Source: Raillietiella orientalis
Lineage: Eukaryota
Assembly (NCBI GenBank): GCA_036172245.1
Contig: JAYWIR010000003.1
Location: 5,394,001 to 5,458,000, forward strand
Direction of reading: 5' to 3'
DNA length: 64,000 nucleotides
Made by a program: the position numbers and the translations under genes. Under the pieces are notes generated by a model, which did no database searches, was not told the origin of the DNA, and was given only the letters and a program-made list of their open reading frames with translations. Of the stretch, positions 50,611-64,000 are shown piece by piece; position 1 is the stretch's first letter, and the number at the start of each line of letters is the position of its first letter.

Positions 50611-53600
50611 TCAGCTGCGCCGCTCCGGCAACATTTCGGAACATCATTCGCACACACGAGTGCACCCTTCCAGTGGGGAGTGTTTGATCTGACAGATGTC
50701 CTCATTGGAGTTCTTTTGCATTCCCGTAATGTGTCTATCGAAGACACATCGAGAGATTCATTGCTTTCGTGAGAATGACCGGGTGCCTGGATCGGGAATC
50801 CTTTACGTCCTGAGGACGAAAGATCAACGGCAAGCAATAATTCCATCATCCCTGGCAACTGTAGAAAGTGAAGTGATTGGTGACTATTCGTTTGGTTACG
50901 GCGGTACACGGCATTTATGGAACTTTGTTTCGAAAGTTCCATTTCCCTTGCACTGTACATCTGCCTGATGCAGCTTCCCCATCGAAAAGCCGCCGAGGAT
51001 GAACGCTGCCTACAGAATGCGGAGCAGGAGGTCCGTTTCGAAGACCGGGAATTTCCTTTAGGGAAAATTCAATGAGAACACAAATAATGGATCCCCACAT
51101 TGTAAGTCTGCCCGGATGAGGCACCATTAAAAGGTAATGGAAAGAATGGTCTAAAACACTCGAAACACTCGTTAGCCCGACTATTCACCGTCGTCAGCAC
51201 GACGGAATCATTCCATCTGCATCTTGTCAAGTGTCGGCGTTTTTGATTTTCTGGGGGGGTGGGGGGGACCTTTCAAAGATTCCTCGAGCTCCAGTGGACG
51301 CAGTGAGCTACGGTGGTCATGCCATGAATGGGAATCAATGTAAGCGATGAGGATTCCATTTCTCAGCTCTTCTTATGGAGTACCTTACCCGAAGATACGG
51401 AGCTTTGCAACGTGAAAATCAGCATCAGATGTATGCGAGTGATGGTCTAATGGAGTGAAAAGGTCGTCACAAGCAATAGTTCTGAACTTGAATTTTTTTT
51501 TTTTTTTTGTTTTGGATGCCGGTGATCTTTGGCTAATTACAAGAAAGCTTTTGCGAGGAGGTTCGTGGAAGCGATCTCTCCAGAAAGACAGGCGCATTTG
51601 TTATCCTACGACGCTTTAGAACAATTTGTCGGCTTAACTAAACAGAATGGGGGGGGGGAGGGTAATCCTCACGTAAGCTTCTTCAGCTCTCGACTCTCGA
51701 GAAGACAGACCACGAAGACGAAGGCACAGACAGAGCGTTTCATCTCCGCGTTCGGTCGAACGCATCCGGTGCTGGGTGGTGTGCAAGTCAGCAGTTCAGA
51801 AATCGGCCATTTGCTTGTTTCCATGTCCAAGGAGGAGGGAATGAGAATGCTGAGAATGCTGCGCTGGGAAGTTCATCTGTAGTTTCATCCCTACGAGCAT
51901 CATCTCCGACTTCCAGAGAAAATATACGCCGAGCTGTTCGTTCACTCCTATCCGACTCCATCGGATGCAGCGAAAGCGAGCGAATTTCTGCCACCTCTCG
52001 GTGGACATTTCCACCACCGTATCTGTCTACAGAACGTCGAACGCCAACCTCCCCGTGGGGGCCAACCATCGCTTACCGGCTTCTGTGGAGTGGAAATCCC
52101 CTGCGATTATCATCCCTGGGTTCCTTAAATTCTATCGAAAGAGAGCCTCTCCAGAACCAATTTCGTATTCTCTCGTTTTTGCTCAAGGCTTTTTCCGCCT
52201 CGCTTCTTAGCCGCTCTCCTCTAATAGAGTGGTCACCCGAATTTTCGTGTTCCCGGCCGGGAGACATTGGTTGAATTCTACTCCTAAAATGGCGGGTATT
52301 GGGCTCATGCACCGAATACATTAATCCAGGTTTCAGCTGCTGAGCTCAACCGCACGGTAAGAGCTTCTTTTGGGCACGCTGGCTCAAAGTCGTTTCGTGA
52401 ATAACGAGCGGTTGGAAGTGAGCCTCCCTCATTCCTCTCCTGCACACCTCGAGCAGGCTGAACACTTTCTGAGAGGCAAAACAAACGGTCCGGTACTGTT
52501 TCCATCTACGGTAAACGAAAGAAGTCCCTTCGCAGCCGCAGGGGTGTGGTGAGAGGCCTTCGAACCCTGTGGATGCAACACGTCGCGAGGCAAAAGCCAC
52601 ACCCTCTTCTGCATGTTCTGAACTTCTTGGTTCGAGAGCAGCGTCTGTACACCGGCTCTTGCACAGAGACTTGTACTGAAGGCAGGCACGCTTGCTAAGC
52701 TCAGCGAACGGCGCGTCTCCAAACAACAACAAATCAACAAACTTCGTTAGAGGTGAAGAGGAGACGTGGCAGAGGAAGAAAAGCCTCTGCATGTGCAAGT
52801 TAAATAAAACCACGGCATGAGGTGAACACAGGTTCAAGTTCACTCCTTCCAGAAACGAAGACCAAAAGCAAATCAATACGCAATATCTTCCTCTTAAGCA
52901 AACTCTCAAGAGTAATTGCTGCCTGCTCAGCATTTCGAGCTGACTAGGGTTTCATCTGTAGGTTCTCCCTGTGTTTAATAATAATGTAAAAGATAAATGC
53001 TTCCGTTAACGCATCGAGCCCAGCACATCGAGTATCCTTGTCAGAGTTTGCGAAATAAGACTTCGGGGGTGTGATGATGCTAGCACAGAAGGTGAGGGGG
53101 GAGAAAAAAGGTCCATCGACCAGGTGGTCATTATGATTCCATTGCGCGTTATGAGATGCTTTTTGGCAGTAGCGAGAGACGACCCCAACAGAAACGGTGC
53201 AGTCCGCTGACCGACTCTTTCTCTTGACCACGAAGCGGTTTCATAAGGAAAGAAAGCAATGCACGTGCCCGAAAGAATTCCAACGCAGTTTTGGTCCATG
53301 AGAAGTGCGTCAGATATGCATCGGCGCAGAGGCACAGCTTCAGAAGAATTTCGTACCTTGGTTGCGTAGGTGAGTGCATGACCTGACCTACTGCAGTCTT
53401 TTTCCGATCCGCCTGCAGGATCGTCGTTTCCTCCCCCCCCCCCCCATGCAGGACCTTTGTCTTTGCGTATCCTAGAGAGGCGAGGGGAAACACCGAACCA
53501 CTCGTCACTTTGCTCCTTTGCTCTCAAGCCAAGATGTGGCGGTGAATGACGTTTCCTCCTCCTCTGTGAAAACTTATGCTGTCTTCCGATATATGGACCC

Positions 53601-53818
53601 GCCTACGAACACTGCACCTTCCTGCAGTAATCCCTACAAGTGAATGCATGTGAGGAAATTTCTTCACCAGCTCCTGAGCTGCGAGAGATGGTGTTTGCAG
53701 CCAGTCTTCCGTTCAGTATCTTCTCACGTGATTTCCTGGTCAAATGATACAGGGAAAGAAACCAGTCCCTAGGAAACGGGAGTGTCAGGAGCTTCTCGTC
53801 AATTCTTGCCAAATCTTG

Positions 53819-53859
53819 TTTTTTTTTTTTTTTTTTTTTTTTTTTATGGGGGGGGGGGG
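53819..53859 (+). repeat. Poly(T)27 followed after 2 nt by a G12 run
   Basis: Read directly. Confidence 0.9.
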
Positions 53860-56800
53860 AGGGGGCACTGACAACTCGTTTGCTCGGAAGAGGAATAAAA
53901 TTATTTTTCTTTTATTCAAAAAACACGAGTAACCCGTCGGTTGCTTTCCCGATGAAAGCACGAAAATCCCTTTGTCCTGAGAAGAACGAGCGGAAAAGGA
54001 GGATCTCAAGGATGTTTAACTTGCAGATGCAATTTTGCTGAAGACTCCACAAGGAAAGTCACAAAGCCATGCTACGTCCTTGTCTTTATCAAACCTATTT
54101 GGGGGATCTCTCCGGGTTGTAAATCAGCAAACGGATTGCATACTGGGAGTTGGATCCATCTTCTTTGGCTTCCAATGTACTTGAAATTTAGATTTATCGA
54201 TTTTTTTTTTTTTTTTTCTTATTTCTAACGGAAAATAAATGCATTTTCCACGTGATTTATCCCATTGGAAGACAGGTAGAACACTTTTGTATTCCCAATG
54301 ACAACCGAGGAGTCTCGAAAATGAAAATTGTTCCGATGGTAAGCGCGAGAGCCGAATTTCCGGATGAATGCTCATTAATGCAATAACGGGCTGAGCCTGA
54401 AGAAAACAAATACATCTCTCCTGAAGAGGAAGCATCTCCGTTTTCCTGCCAAACCTTCCAGAATCTTCATTCCTGAGGAGCTTCCCCTCCCCTCTCTCCC
54501 CCAAGTCCTGCGAATACCTTACCATCATCATCTTTAACATTCTCGAAGCTACGTCTTGAAACAGAACAAAAGTCATCGCATTAATGATCGCGATTGGCAA
54601 TCCTGATCGGAAGATTTTGAATAGCAACGGCTGCGCGAAACAATATGTCCGCTCTGCTCCCAAATCCTCAAGGGGTAAGCAGGCGGCTCGGAAACTTTCT
54701 GCTCGCAAAGAAAATGGGGAACTTTCAAGCTCCCCCATGATCGAGCGCGGCTCGAGGCGTGCTTTTCGCAGGGAAGCTTCGAAATGGGGGCGAATCGAAG
54801 AAGGAAGACGAAGAAATAGGGGCGAGGAATGGCACGGCACCGTGATTGCGCTTTTTCCCTTTTTAAGAGCTGCAGATGATTCGAAGCAGAAATCTTGAAG
54901 CTCTCCTCTGTGAAGCACTGCATCGTATTGATTGATTCATCTAGGTACTTGCACTTGGCAGCGAGCTCCTAATTGAAACGATGATGCCTTAAACTGCATT
55001 GGGTTTATCGGTCGTGGTGCCAACACGCAATGTGTTGTAAAGCGAATGGGCGAATGGATGACGTCACGTCACTTGGTTTTTCACCCTCCGCGCTGGATGC
55101 TCGCGTCCCTCCGAATTTTTCGCCGACTGACGTTGCCCCCGATCCCGAATTTTCGTTCAGCTCCGACAGGCCAGGACGTTCCCTCCGAATCGAAAAGTTG
55201 GCTGCAGGAAATTCTTCACAGCTGTGCAATTCAGCATGTCTTCGCGAGACCACGAAAGCACGCTGGAAAACCATAACACGATCCATCATCACGCCACAAG
55301 ATGTCAACGTCTTCAGCGCGATGCTGACGCTGCTGGCATTTAAATCACCCGCTCGTCTGCGAGCCAAGCAGTTCGCACATTGCTTGGGAGATGGACAAAT
55401 GGAAACCATCAGACCGACCGCATGGTTGAGAGCACGCCATGTTTGGAGGAACGGAAGTCAAGGTTCAACTGAGGCGCGAGAGGAACGAGAATCGCTGTGA
55501 AAAATTCCATCCTGGAGGAACGAAGTGAAGATCAAAGTCAACGTTGAGAATTCGCCTGGAAGCGTAACCATGCGTCCAGCAGCTCCCAAGAGCGAAGAGC
55601 CGCCTCGGAGGTTTCAGGGAGACGTTTCGCTTGTCTCTGCTTCGAGCCCTCAAGCAAAGCCAGGGTCATTCCTGGACTTGCTTGATGGGCTAGCACACGC
55701 GCAGTGGTGGTACATGGAACTCAGAGTCAGCGGACGTGGCTCCCTGTGGGTGAACTGTCCCGACTCCTGTGGGAGATCAAACTTCCGAGCATCAAGCAAG
55801 ACCTTGATTTCTGGAAAGGGAATTTCGCTGATTCGGCCGCGAACTCTGCACTGCCCAGACCCCGCGCAAAGAGCGAAAGAGCAGGAAATGAAATCTCGGG
55901 ATCTCGCATCCTTTGCCAGGAGATCCTGCGATCCGAAGCTGGCAGCGAGATGGATGCAGAGAGCGCCTGAGGACGTACTACGCGGAGGCTCGCTTCAGGC
56001 CGAACACAGCAAACCGCGCAAAGAGCACACAGAAAGGGTGTTGGGGATGGTGAGGCGAAACCCAGATCTCTCTCGCTGCGAAAGCCAGAAAGCACCTGTT
56101 TCGAGGGTGGTTCCACCACGTGGACCTTTGATCGGATCTTCGAATTTACCAGCTTGGACGTCTTCGCACTCGGCGCTCTTCGGAAAGCCTACGGATACGA
56201 CTTCGATTGGGGGAGAAAAGTCGCGTACACGAATTCATGAGCATAATGATGGACGGCGCAGGGAAGCGGAACGCACAAGTTCTTCTCCCTGAGTGCGAAA
56301 GCGTCCGTTCGTCGTTTTGCTCTTTGCCCGTGCCCTCCGCCCGGGTCCGCATCCCTTCATCCTAGGCGATCGAGAGGATGCGTGCTGTGCACCTGCGCGC
56401 GGCCACGTGAGCCGAGTGATGGACTCGCACGCTCGACACGAGCGGGAGAGTCTGTGACCCTTCCGCACTTCTGGAGCAGCGCCTTCCGGTTTCCAAGGGG
56501 CCCCTTCTGGGTTTCGCGAACCATGCGAAAGAATCTGGCTCCGCTTCCGTGCACTGCGCCGGAGAGAAACAGCGCGCCATAATCGAGAAGGCGGAAGCAG
56601 ATCGCGCGCGCCGCTATTGTGGGCCTCCGCGTGTTTCAGTGAGCGCGAAATTCCATTTGAGGGACGCGGAAGTTAACCGGGAATGGCAAGGGAATTCTAC
56701 CCCATTTCGAAGAGATCGCGGTGTTCGATCGTGGGTGCTTCATGAGGCACCCGCGTGCTTCCTCGTGGCTCGTGACCATGGGCACGAGCCAATAGAAGCG

Positions 56801-58199
56801 AGACCTGGACTCGAGAGAGAATTCACGTGAGGAAAATTACTCCCTTCATTCGTGGGTAACCGAATCGTCCGAACCCGTTTCTCAGGAAGTGAGTGGGGAC
56901 TTGCAGCTACCTATGCTTGTCTCGGAGCTCCTCCCGGTGTCCGCTGCTCCGCATCGGTCATCTTGGAGCGCGCGCCCTAAATCCTATGCGCCCCCCGCAG
57001 CTATGCTCAAATCGTCGACAGGGAGATGGGGGCTGTGAGGTGGGAGCGACTGAATGTGCAGTACGACTGTGTGCTCTTCCCTCGCAGTTTCACAGGTCGA
57101 CGATCCTCTCGCTCTCCTGTCAGAACTTCTTCGCCCCGACAAAGATTTGCCTTTGTTCCCTTGAAATCAGCAAATTCTGAGAAACTGACCTGACTGTTAG
57201 GTCAGATGTGACTGATCGACTACTGCGACCTCACTGATGTCTCAAGGTTCCTATGAGACGATCCACGAAAGTCACTCTGTAGTCAGGGGCATGCTTGCAG
57301 ACTCGCTTATTTTCATAGAGTGGACTCTGACTCTAGACTGCCAGATTCCGCATCCAAGATGGATGCAGCGGAATCTTGGAAATGCCCCTAAGCAGACTGC
57401 AGCAGCTTCTCTACATGCCGCATTTCTCATGGACACTTATGATATCACCATGGTGACAGCAGTTCTACCAGCGACACTACCAAAAGAAGGGCCAGATGGC
57501 TTTTAAAGGAAATAAAACCATCTGCCCCTTCCCCGCCTCCCCTGATGGAAGGAACCGTGCTTGAGCCACTGATCCTGCAAGAAGTTTCGAAAGTCCATCA
57601 ACAAGCAACTTGCAGCTCACTCATCCACCAAGATCACAGACAGGATCGCGAAGAAAGAGGTGGAGGAGTTCTTTTGAAGATTTCGACTTAAGACCGACGC
57701 TTGACATTCCAGCTGGAGGTGGTCAAGGACTCACTGCTTTGCGTCATGCGGAGGTCAGCAAGACAGCTGGTTACCAGCCACCCTTACCAGTTACTACCCC
57801 GCCTGCAGATACCTTCCCTTGATTCAGAGAGCAAAGACAGAAGCGGGGTGCCGAGGAAGGGTGTCGGGAATGAACATGGCGGGAGATTCTGGAAACAGCA
57901 CCCCAGCGGACTGGGTCGCATCGGTAGACCTCAATTCCAGAAAATGTCTTAGAGCGCCAGCTTCGATTGAGGTGAGCTTCCCCCTCAACCTTGGAGACCC
58001 TGCTATCCATAATTTCGCGCAGCATATTCTATCCCACGTTATTCCAGTAGCCTACTTTCTACCATTCAGCGCATCCCTGAAGCGGGATGAGGCGAGTCCG
58101 GCAGAGCTGCAGCAGCAGACTCTTCCGTAGCTTCCGGCAGTACTCGAGGCACTCGAGGGGAGTCGTCGTCCATCGAGCTCCTCCGACGCGATCCGTTCT

Positions 58200-61100
58200 T
58201 CGCTTCAGAGCACCGACGTCCATGGATCGGAAGCGCCACGGGCCCGAACCCTCTGAGATCCCAGTCGTGACCCACGAACGACGACCACCTGCATGGCAGA
58301 GTGACCGTTCTTCCGCCAGCCACCGCGGACAAAGTGCCTTCCGCATTTTGCCTGGGGCTGCATCCCTGCAACCCGGAGACGTTCAGCGACTTCCAGGATT
58401 CCTGGCCATGGATAGATTTTCTCCCTGCTACGTTGCGGAGTCGAGGAAGGGGGGTGGATGCTGAAGCGCCTCAGGTGTGGAAGGGTGGCGGCTCTGCGCG
58501 TGGCAGTGCCCCCCACTCGGAACTCCCCTCTCCCTCCCACCTCACTCCGTCGCGACACTTGAGGGCGCCGAGCTTGCAACATATGCCGGCAGAAGCACGC
58601 TGCTTTCGAACGGTCCGGGAGCAAAAGAACGGGAAGCTGGCTGACCGCACCGCGAGGCGTCCATGCCGCACTTCCTTCCGCTGATGAGGGACTTGCCTGG
58701 TCGACGACTCAGAGGGACTCCTCACGCCACGGATCCACCCGAGCTGCGACGCCACTAGAAAGGGCAGGCTGGGGCTCGTCGAAAGCTGGCGGGAGGAACC
58801 TCCGTGCTCCCTCTTGATGGAAAGGAAGAGGAAGGCGGCTACGCGGGTGGGCATCTGCCCAAGGTCCCTGGTCTCGGGAAGCGTATATGCCTGCTCTGTG
58901 TATGTGTGTGGGGGGGGAGGACAGGCAGCATCGCGGAAAGATTACCCCCACCCTCTTTCTTTTCCCTTCCCTTTTGTTTTTGCCTCCTCCCCCTTCCTTT
59001 CTCTTCCAGCATGGCTGCCTGCCGCCTGCGCTCGGCAGAACACTCCCCTTTTCCAAGGCAACGGGTGGAAGGGGAGATTGGCGCGGCACGGAGCTGCGCG
59101 GATGCAGACACGAAGGGAACGCTCCGCCTCCCGCCTCGGGCTAGGCGGCCGAGGAGAAGGAAAAATTCCACGCCGGCGGCTCCCGGAGGGGGACGTAAAG
59201 GAGGTTGGCCGCCGGTGACGCCGACGAACACTCCGAAATGATCGCAGGGGAGGGACCCTCTCGCCCGATCGAACCCTCCCTTCCTTCCTCCTCACATCCG
59301 ATCCTTCCCAAAGCTCTACGCCGAGCAAACTGCACCATTTTTTTTTCTTTTTCTTCCTTTTCAAACCTGCGGAGATTCTTTTTGGGAACGGGGAAGCGCT
59401 GACGAGGGAGCTTCCCGGAACCTGCATCCACGAAGACCTCCCTCTCTTCCCCCCCTCCCTCCCTCTCTCGTCAAATTAAGGCGGATGACGATCTCCAGGG
59501 AAAGAACGCTCCTCGGGGAAGCTGCGAAGCAGTACCCGAGCCAGGGAAGCACGAACGACTTCCCTGCCGGCTCCAGGAGCTCCCGCGCTACTCGCGGACT
59601 CTCTCGTACGAGAGGAGGCGGCGGCGGCGGACTGCCACAGTGGAGAATGGAGGAAGAGGTATCGCCCCCCCTCCACCTCAGCCCCCTTGATCCCCCGAGG
59701 GTTTGCCCCTGGATGCCATCGAGTGCCCCTGACGGGGGAGGCCTTCCCGAGGGAGTCCCCAGGAGGGGAACGCAACCCCGGCGACGTGTCGCATGACTTC
59801 GTCGGCGTCTCATGGGCGCAGCATCCGACCCTCTCCCCCGCCCACTCCCTTGTTCGCGCGGGAGGAGTCCTGGATGCCTTGAGAATCTCGCAGGCAGACA
59901 TCCTGCCCTTCTCCTCTGACTCCGTTGGGAGGCAGCGGAGGAGGAGACTCAGCCGCTGGCCCGCGGACCGGCTCGATTTCGCGAGGCGCGGAACTGCCTC
60001 GGCAGTCCAGCGGTTCCTCCAGGGAGGACGCCGCTGCAGAAGGGACCTCCACTGCCTTTCCTAGGAAAATTTGCCTCCGGCACCATCGGAATGTAGCCCT
60101 TCCGAGCAGGGCGGGAGGAGAGGAAGAGAGCCAGAGGAGTACGAAGGCGAAGAAAGAAGGGGAAAGGAGGAGGAAGAAGTGGGAGAAGGGAGGGAAGGAC
60201 CGCGTCTTAGCTGCAAACTCCACCCCTTTCTGCCCGGTCGCGCTGGCCATGTGATGTTGCGCGGCCCCTTGAAGGGACCGCCTCGCGGAAAGCCCGGAAG
60301 AGGGTGTAGGGAGCAGCGATGCGCTCCGTCGGCAAGGACGCACCCCTGCGGGCGAGGAGGACGCGAGGGAACGTTCCCGGACAACGGAGCCTCTTCTCTG
60401 GGGTACTTCCTCCCCTGTCTTCGTCCAAACATCCCCCTCAGGGACGGCGCATCCGGCTGCCCTCCTTCCAGAGGGCTCTCTAGGGCTCCCATCTGCCCTG
60501 GGAGCGTCCATCCCGTGAAATGCGAGGGGAGAAGGGACTCCAAGCGGGAAAGAGGAGAGGAAAGGGGAGGAAACGCGTTCCTCGGAACTGATCGGACCGG
60601 TCAGTTTCTCCAAGCCATGGAAACGTCCGTCGCCGCTCGCTTCCCCCGTGGGGAGCTTCCATGACGCGCAAGTGACCTGGGGAGAAGCAAGGAGAGTCCG
60701 GGAGGTTTAGGGACGAAAAGCAGGAGTTCAGGACGACCGCCGACTGAGCAGGACCCTACCCTTTCCTCTCTCCTCTTGAGAAGGGAACCGTCCCCCTACG
60801 GGAAGGGGAAGGAAGAAGAGGAAGAAGGGAGCGCAGGGAGCTGCCGAGAGCATCGCCGTCACGGCGCTTCCTCCTCCTTCTCCACCCCACTTGTCTGCCC
60901 CATCTCCTCCTCCCGTTGCCATGCCGACGCTTCCGATCCTGGCACGTGACTCCCATTCATCATTTCGCGTTCCTCCAGCTCCCGGTACGCGCGCAATTCC
61001 CGACTCGGGGAGGCGAAAGATATCGATCCCACGAGCGGCGAGTCCCCCACCTCGTGCGGGAAACCCTCGGGCGCTTCCGCGGCAGCGGAAGGAGGAAGAA

Positions 61101-64000
61101 GGGAGGGGAAGAAGAGGAGGAGGGCGAAAGGAGGAAGGGGGAGGAGGATGGAGAGGGGAAGGGAGGAAGGAGAGGGAGAAGGAGGAAGCATGCACGAAAA
61201 GGGCGGAGCTTCCTGCTTCCCCTTCCCCTTCCTCCGCTGCCGGGACTCCGTCTTCCTCCTGGTCGCGTTCCTGGGAGGAGCCTGTTCGCGCCACCTGGAG
61301 AGAGACTCTCCCCGGCTGCGCCGCGCCCCTCCGCCCCGTGCACGTTCCAAAGGGGGCGTAGATCTGCAGCTGACCCTTCCGAAGGGTCACGAGCACGCGG
61401 CCCTAAAGGGGAGCACCAAGAGCCAGAGGGGAGGGCCAGCAGCAGGCAAGGGAAGAGGCAAGAGAGGGGAAATGTGGGTCGAAAGGGGCTGGTCCGGCCC
61501 TGTCGGAGGGAACGACTTGGCCGGGAGGGCGGACGGGAGAGGCAGATCGGAAGGCGGCCGCTGGAGCTCTCCTCTCCTCGCCGAAGGAGGAAGAAGGGGG
61601 AACCCCAGCCGGAAGCCCCGGTGGAGCTGGCAGCCGGGAGGGAGGGAGGCAGGTGGAAGATGGAAGGGGAAGGTAGTTTTCCAGCCTCCAGATCACGGGA
61701 AGAGTTGAAAGTGGGACGGGTGGGGGGCGGGCAGCAGAGGAGCGCGGAGCGACGTCAGAGGGGACTGCTCGCGTCCCCGGAAGCCAAGCGAAGCAGCTCG
61801 AGCGCTCTTTTCAGCTGGCGGCAGCGGCGGCGGCAACGAGGCGGAAGACCCGGCGACGCAGCTGCCACGCGGCGGTGCCTTCCCGACAACGATCGGATCC
61901 GTGGCACCCTCGCGCAAGACATCCTGGACACCGACGAGTGCGCGCGCGCGGGGACACTCGAGAGCACACCGCACACGCGCGCTTGCGTGCGGGCGCATGC
62001 TGTTACGAAGCCGCGGCGGTCTGACCCAACCTCGCCTTTCCCAGAGCCGCTGACAATCGCTGAGGAGCTCGAGGGGAGGGGGGGGGGGGGAAACATGCCC
62101 GGGACGCACGACGAGGGCAGAACCAGGGATGCGCACGGACGACTGATCGCGGGCGCCGGGAACGACCACCTCGCTGACCACACACTGCCGGCAGATTCTT
62201 TTTTGCCCCCTTTTTCGGTTCGCTCGGGAGGGGCATGCCGAGAACCCACCCGTTTGGCGCGCGGGTAGCAGAAGCGCTCCCGGGAACCTGCATGCCACGT
62301 GGAAGACGTCCGGCCCAACGGCAGGGAAGGAAAAAGGAAGGCGCAGAGCAGATGGGACGGCACCACTTTGCTTATTTCCGCGATAGCGGCGGCGCGGTGC
62401 ACCGCCTCGGAGCGAGCAGTGGCATGTGCTGGAGAAGCGCGCACGAGACGGTGCGCTTTGGGGAGATGGGGAGAGGGAGCACATCACTGCACGAACCCTT
62501 CCACAGCCACAGCACACGGAACCCGGACCGCAGGCCGATAGTGGACGGATAGACTGCGAAGGAGATGACGTCCCGATTGCCAGCAGAGGGCAAGCGGGGG
62601 GCACGAATAATAAGGAAGGGGAAGGAGAGTCCTGGTTGCGGCTGCAAAGTGCCATGAGAACGGGGCACCTGTTACCGAGAAGGTGGAAGCTGGACGACGT
62701 CACCCTTCCTTCTTCCTTGAAACTTCGTACGTGAACCCATCGAAACGGTGTGAGTTCAAAGGAGACGAGCATCGCGTTCAACTCTCGCGCGGAAGTCTCG
62801 ACGGAGTTCCGCCCGCTACCATTCGGGGGAAATGTGAAACTTTTCTAGTAAAGCAAAGGCCTCGCAGATGGCGGTTAAGGTGCACAGCGAGGAGAATAGC
62901 GAAACGTGCGGCGGAGCCGGCGGCGGCGCAGGGCGCTTATTTTTCACGCACGCGTGCTCGCGTCAGCAGCAGCATCCTCTTTTCATCCTCCCCGGTTCCT
63001 TCTGCCTTTTGTATGAGGGGCTGGTGTGGAGGAGTTGCGGAGAGGCTGGGAGGAAGGGGCGCAATCGTTCCGATCCCGCGTGGCGGTGGGCACGCGTGCG
63101 CTCCTCGTGGGGAAGGGCAGCCTCACTAGGAGGCACGTGGGAGGGCGGGACCGGGAGACGGTCGACAGAAGGGCACGTCTCATTTCCACGACGGCAGGGT
63201 AGCATAGTCCCTTGCACCCCACCCCCCCGCGTTCGACGCGGCGAAGGTGGCTGCCACGCATGGGCAGCAAGACGGGCGGGTGCGGTGCCGCCCTCACGAT
63301 GCCCCTCTAGCTGAGAGGACTTTGGGACTACTCGTCCCCCTGTCATCCCGGATCCATCCTGGGTTTTTTTTTTTTTTTTGCTATTTGTTTCCCTTTCTCT
63401 CTGGAATGCCCTCGTGACCTGCGTCGCTCGCGTCTCCATCCAGCTCCCCGGTCGGTCCCCATAGGAGCGGAGGGAGAAAAAGAGGGATGGGGGATCGGAC
63501 CGACCACCACCCCCTCACCCCTGCAGCTCTATCGTCCTTGCATGTTCCCCCCTTTCCTCCGGGACACGTGTGAGGAGCAGGGCGGCTCCCCAAACTCGTC
63601 GCAGCCGGAGCCGCGGAGCCTTGCAGATGGGGAAGCAGCGCCACGCGGCGGGGCTCCTCGGAACTTACTAGCGAGCGCGCCGTCGCCCCTTTCTCGGGTA
63701 TTTCCGCTGCGTCCCTCCGTCAGTCTGTCCCTCTCCCCCCGCCAAAGAGGGAGGGGGAGGGTTCCGGCTCTTCCCCCTTTCCAAAGGGGAGGGGGAGACG
63801 TGACGGTGGCTGCGGCGCGTGCGCGCGCGACTTCCGCCGAGGACGAGGGTCAACGACCGGGAGGAGGGGGGGAGGAGGCATCCCGCCACGGCGAGGGGAG
63901 CCGGCTCGCACGCGTCCCCCTTTTTCCCCCCACCTCTGGGCGCGCCCGCGATCCCGCGGGAGGGACCGCGGACCCTTCCCGCGCTCAGGAAGGGGGCTGC
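58200..64000. promoter_or_regulatory. Extended GC/CpG-rich island with purine/pyrimidine tracts; possible promoter or regulatory region
   Basis: Composition shift seen by eye; overlapping low-complexity R/G/P/S-rich ORFs on both strands, typical of non-coding GC-rich DNA. Confidence 0.4.

Larger units (their letters stand above)
24223..64000 (-). other. Probable very long intron (at least 39.8 kb) upstream of the MNRPIQV exon
   Basis: The expected upstream exon (family consensus GCAFLTYC...LHEQKTLPG) was not found by eye or in the ORF track, and no other recognisable protein-coding sequence was seen. Confidence 0.7.

Noticed and set aside
60916..62781. 450-aa and 362-aa overlapping ORFs
   Set aside because: Low-complexity R/G/P/S translations expected from stop-poor GC-rich DNA; no recognisable motif.
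1..64000. CRISPR array, operon or other prokaryotic system; intact transposon; species assignment
   Set aside because: No spaced direct repeats, no dense ORF packing and no TE protein motifs were seen. The species cannot be determined from this sequence alone.

Overview
Eukaryotic genomic DNA, probably invertebrate and plausibly arthropod (CpG not depleted, GT-AG introns, many homopolymer and microsatellite tracts). The window lies inside one large minus-strand gene for a CELF3-6 / Bruno-3 (bru3, UNC-75-like) RNA-binding splicing regulator. Nine coding exons (1117 nt) were traced with splice sites and consistent phases: 24174-24222, 22518-22646, 16106-16185, 11026-11178, 7567-7708, 4035-4220, 2839-2913, 2544-2690 and 764-919. 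They cover the end of RRM1, RRM2, the divergent domain and the first half of RRM3. The exons for most of RRM1 and the last coding exon were not found and probably lie outside the window, so 24.2-64 kb appears to be one intron of at least 40 kb. That intron holds two GC-rich islands, a tRNA-derived SINE-like element and a candidate enhancer. I found no prokaryote-type system, CRISPR array or intact transposon; the long ORFs in the track look like non-coding shadows. The most interesting signals concern splicing. There are several candidate frame-disrupting (poison) cassette exons, two of them in AT-rich islands, plus candidate microexons and a tandem donor that would frameshift RRM3. In two successive exons the acceptor position expected from homologues reads CG instead of AG. 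All of these are by-eye predictions that need RNA-seq or comparative confirmation.
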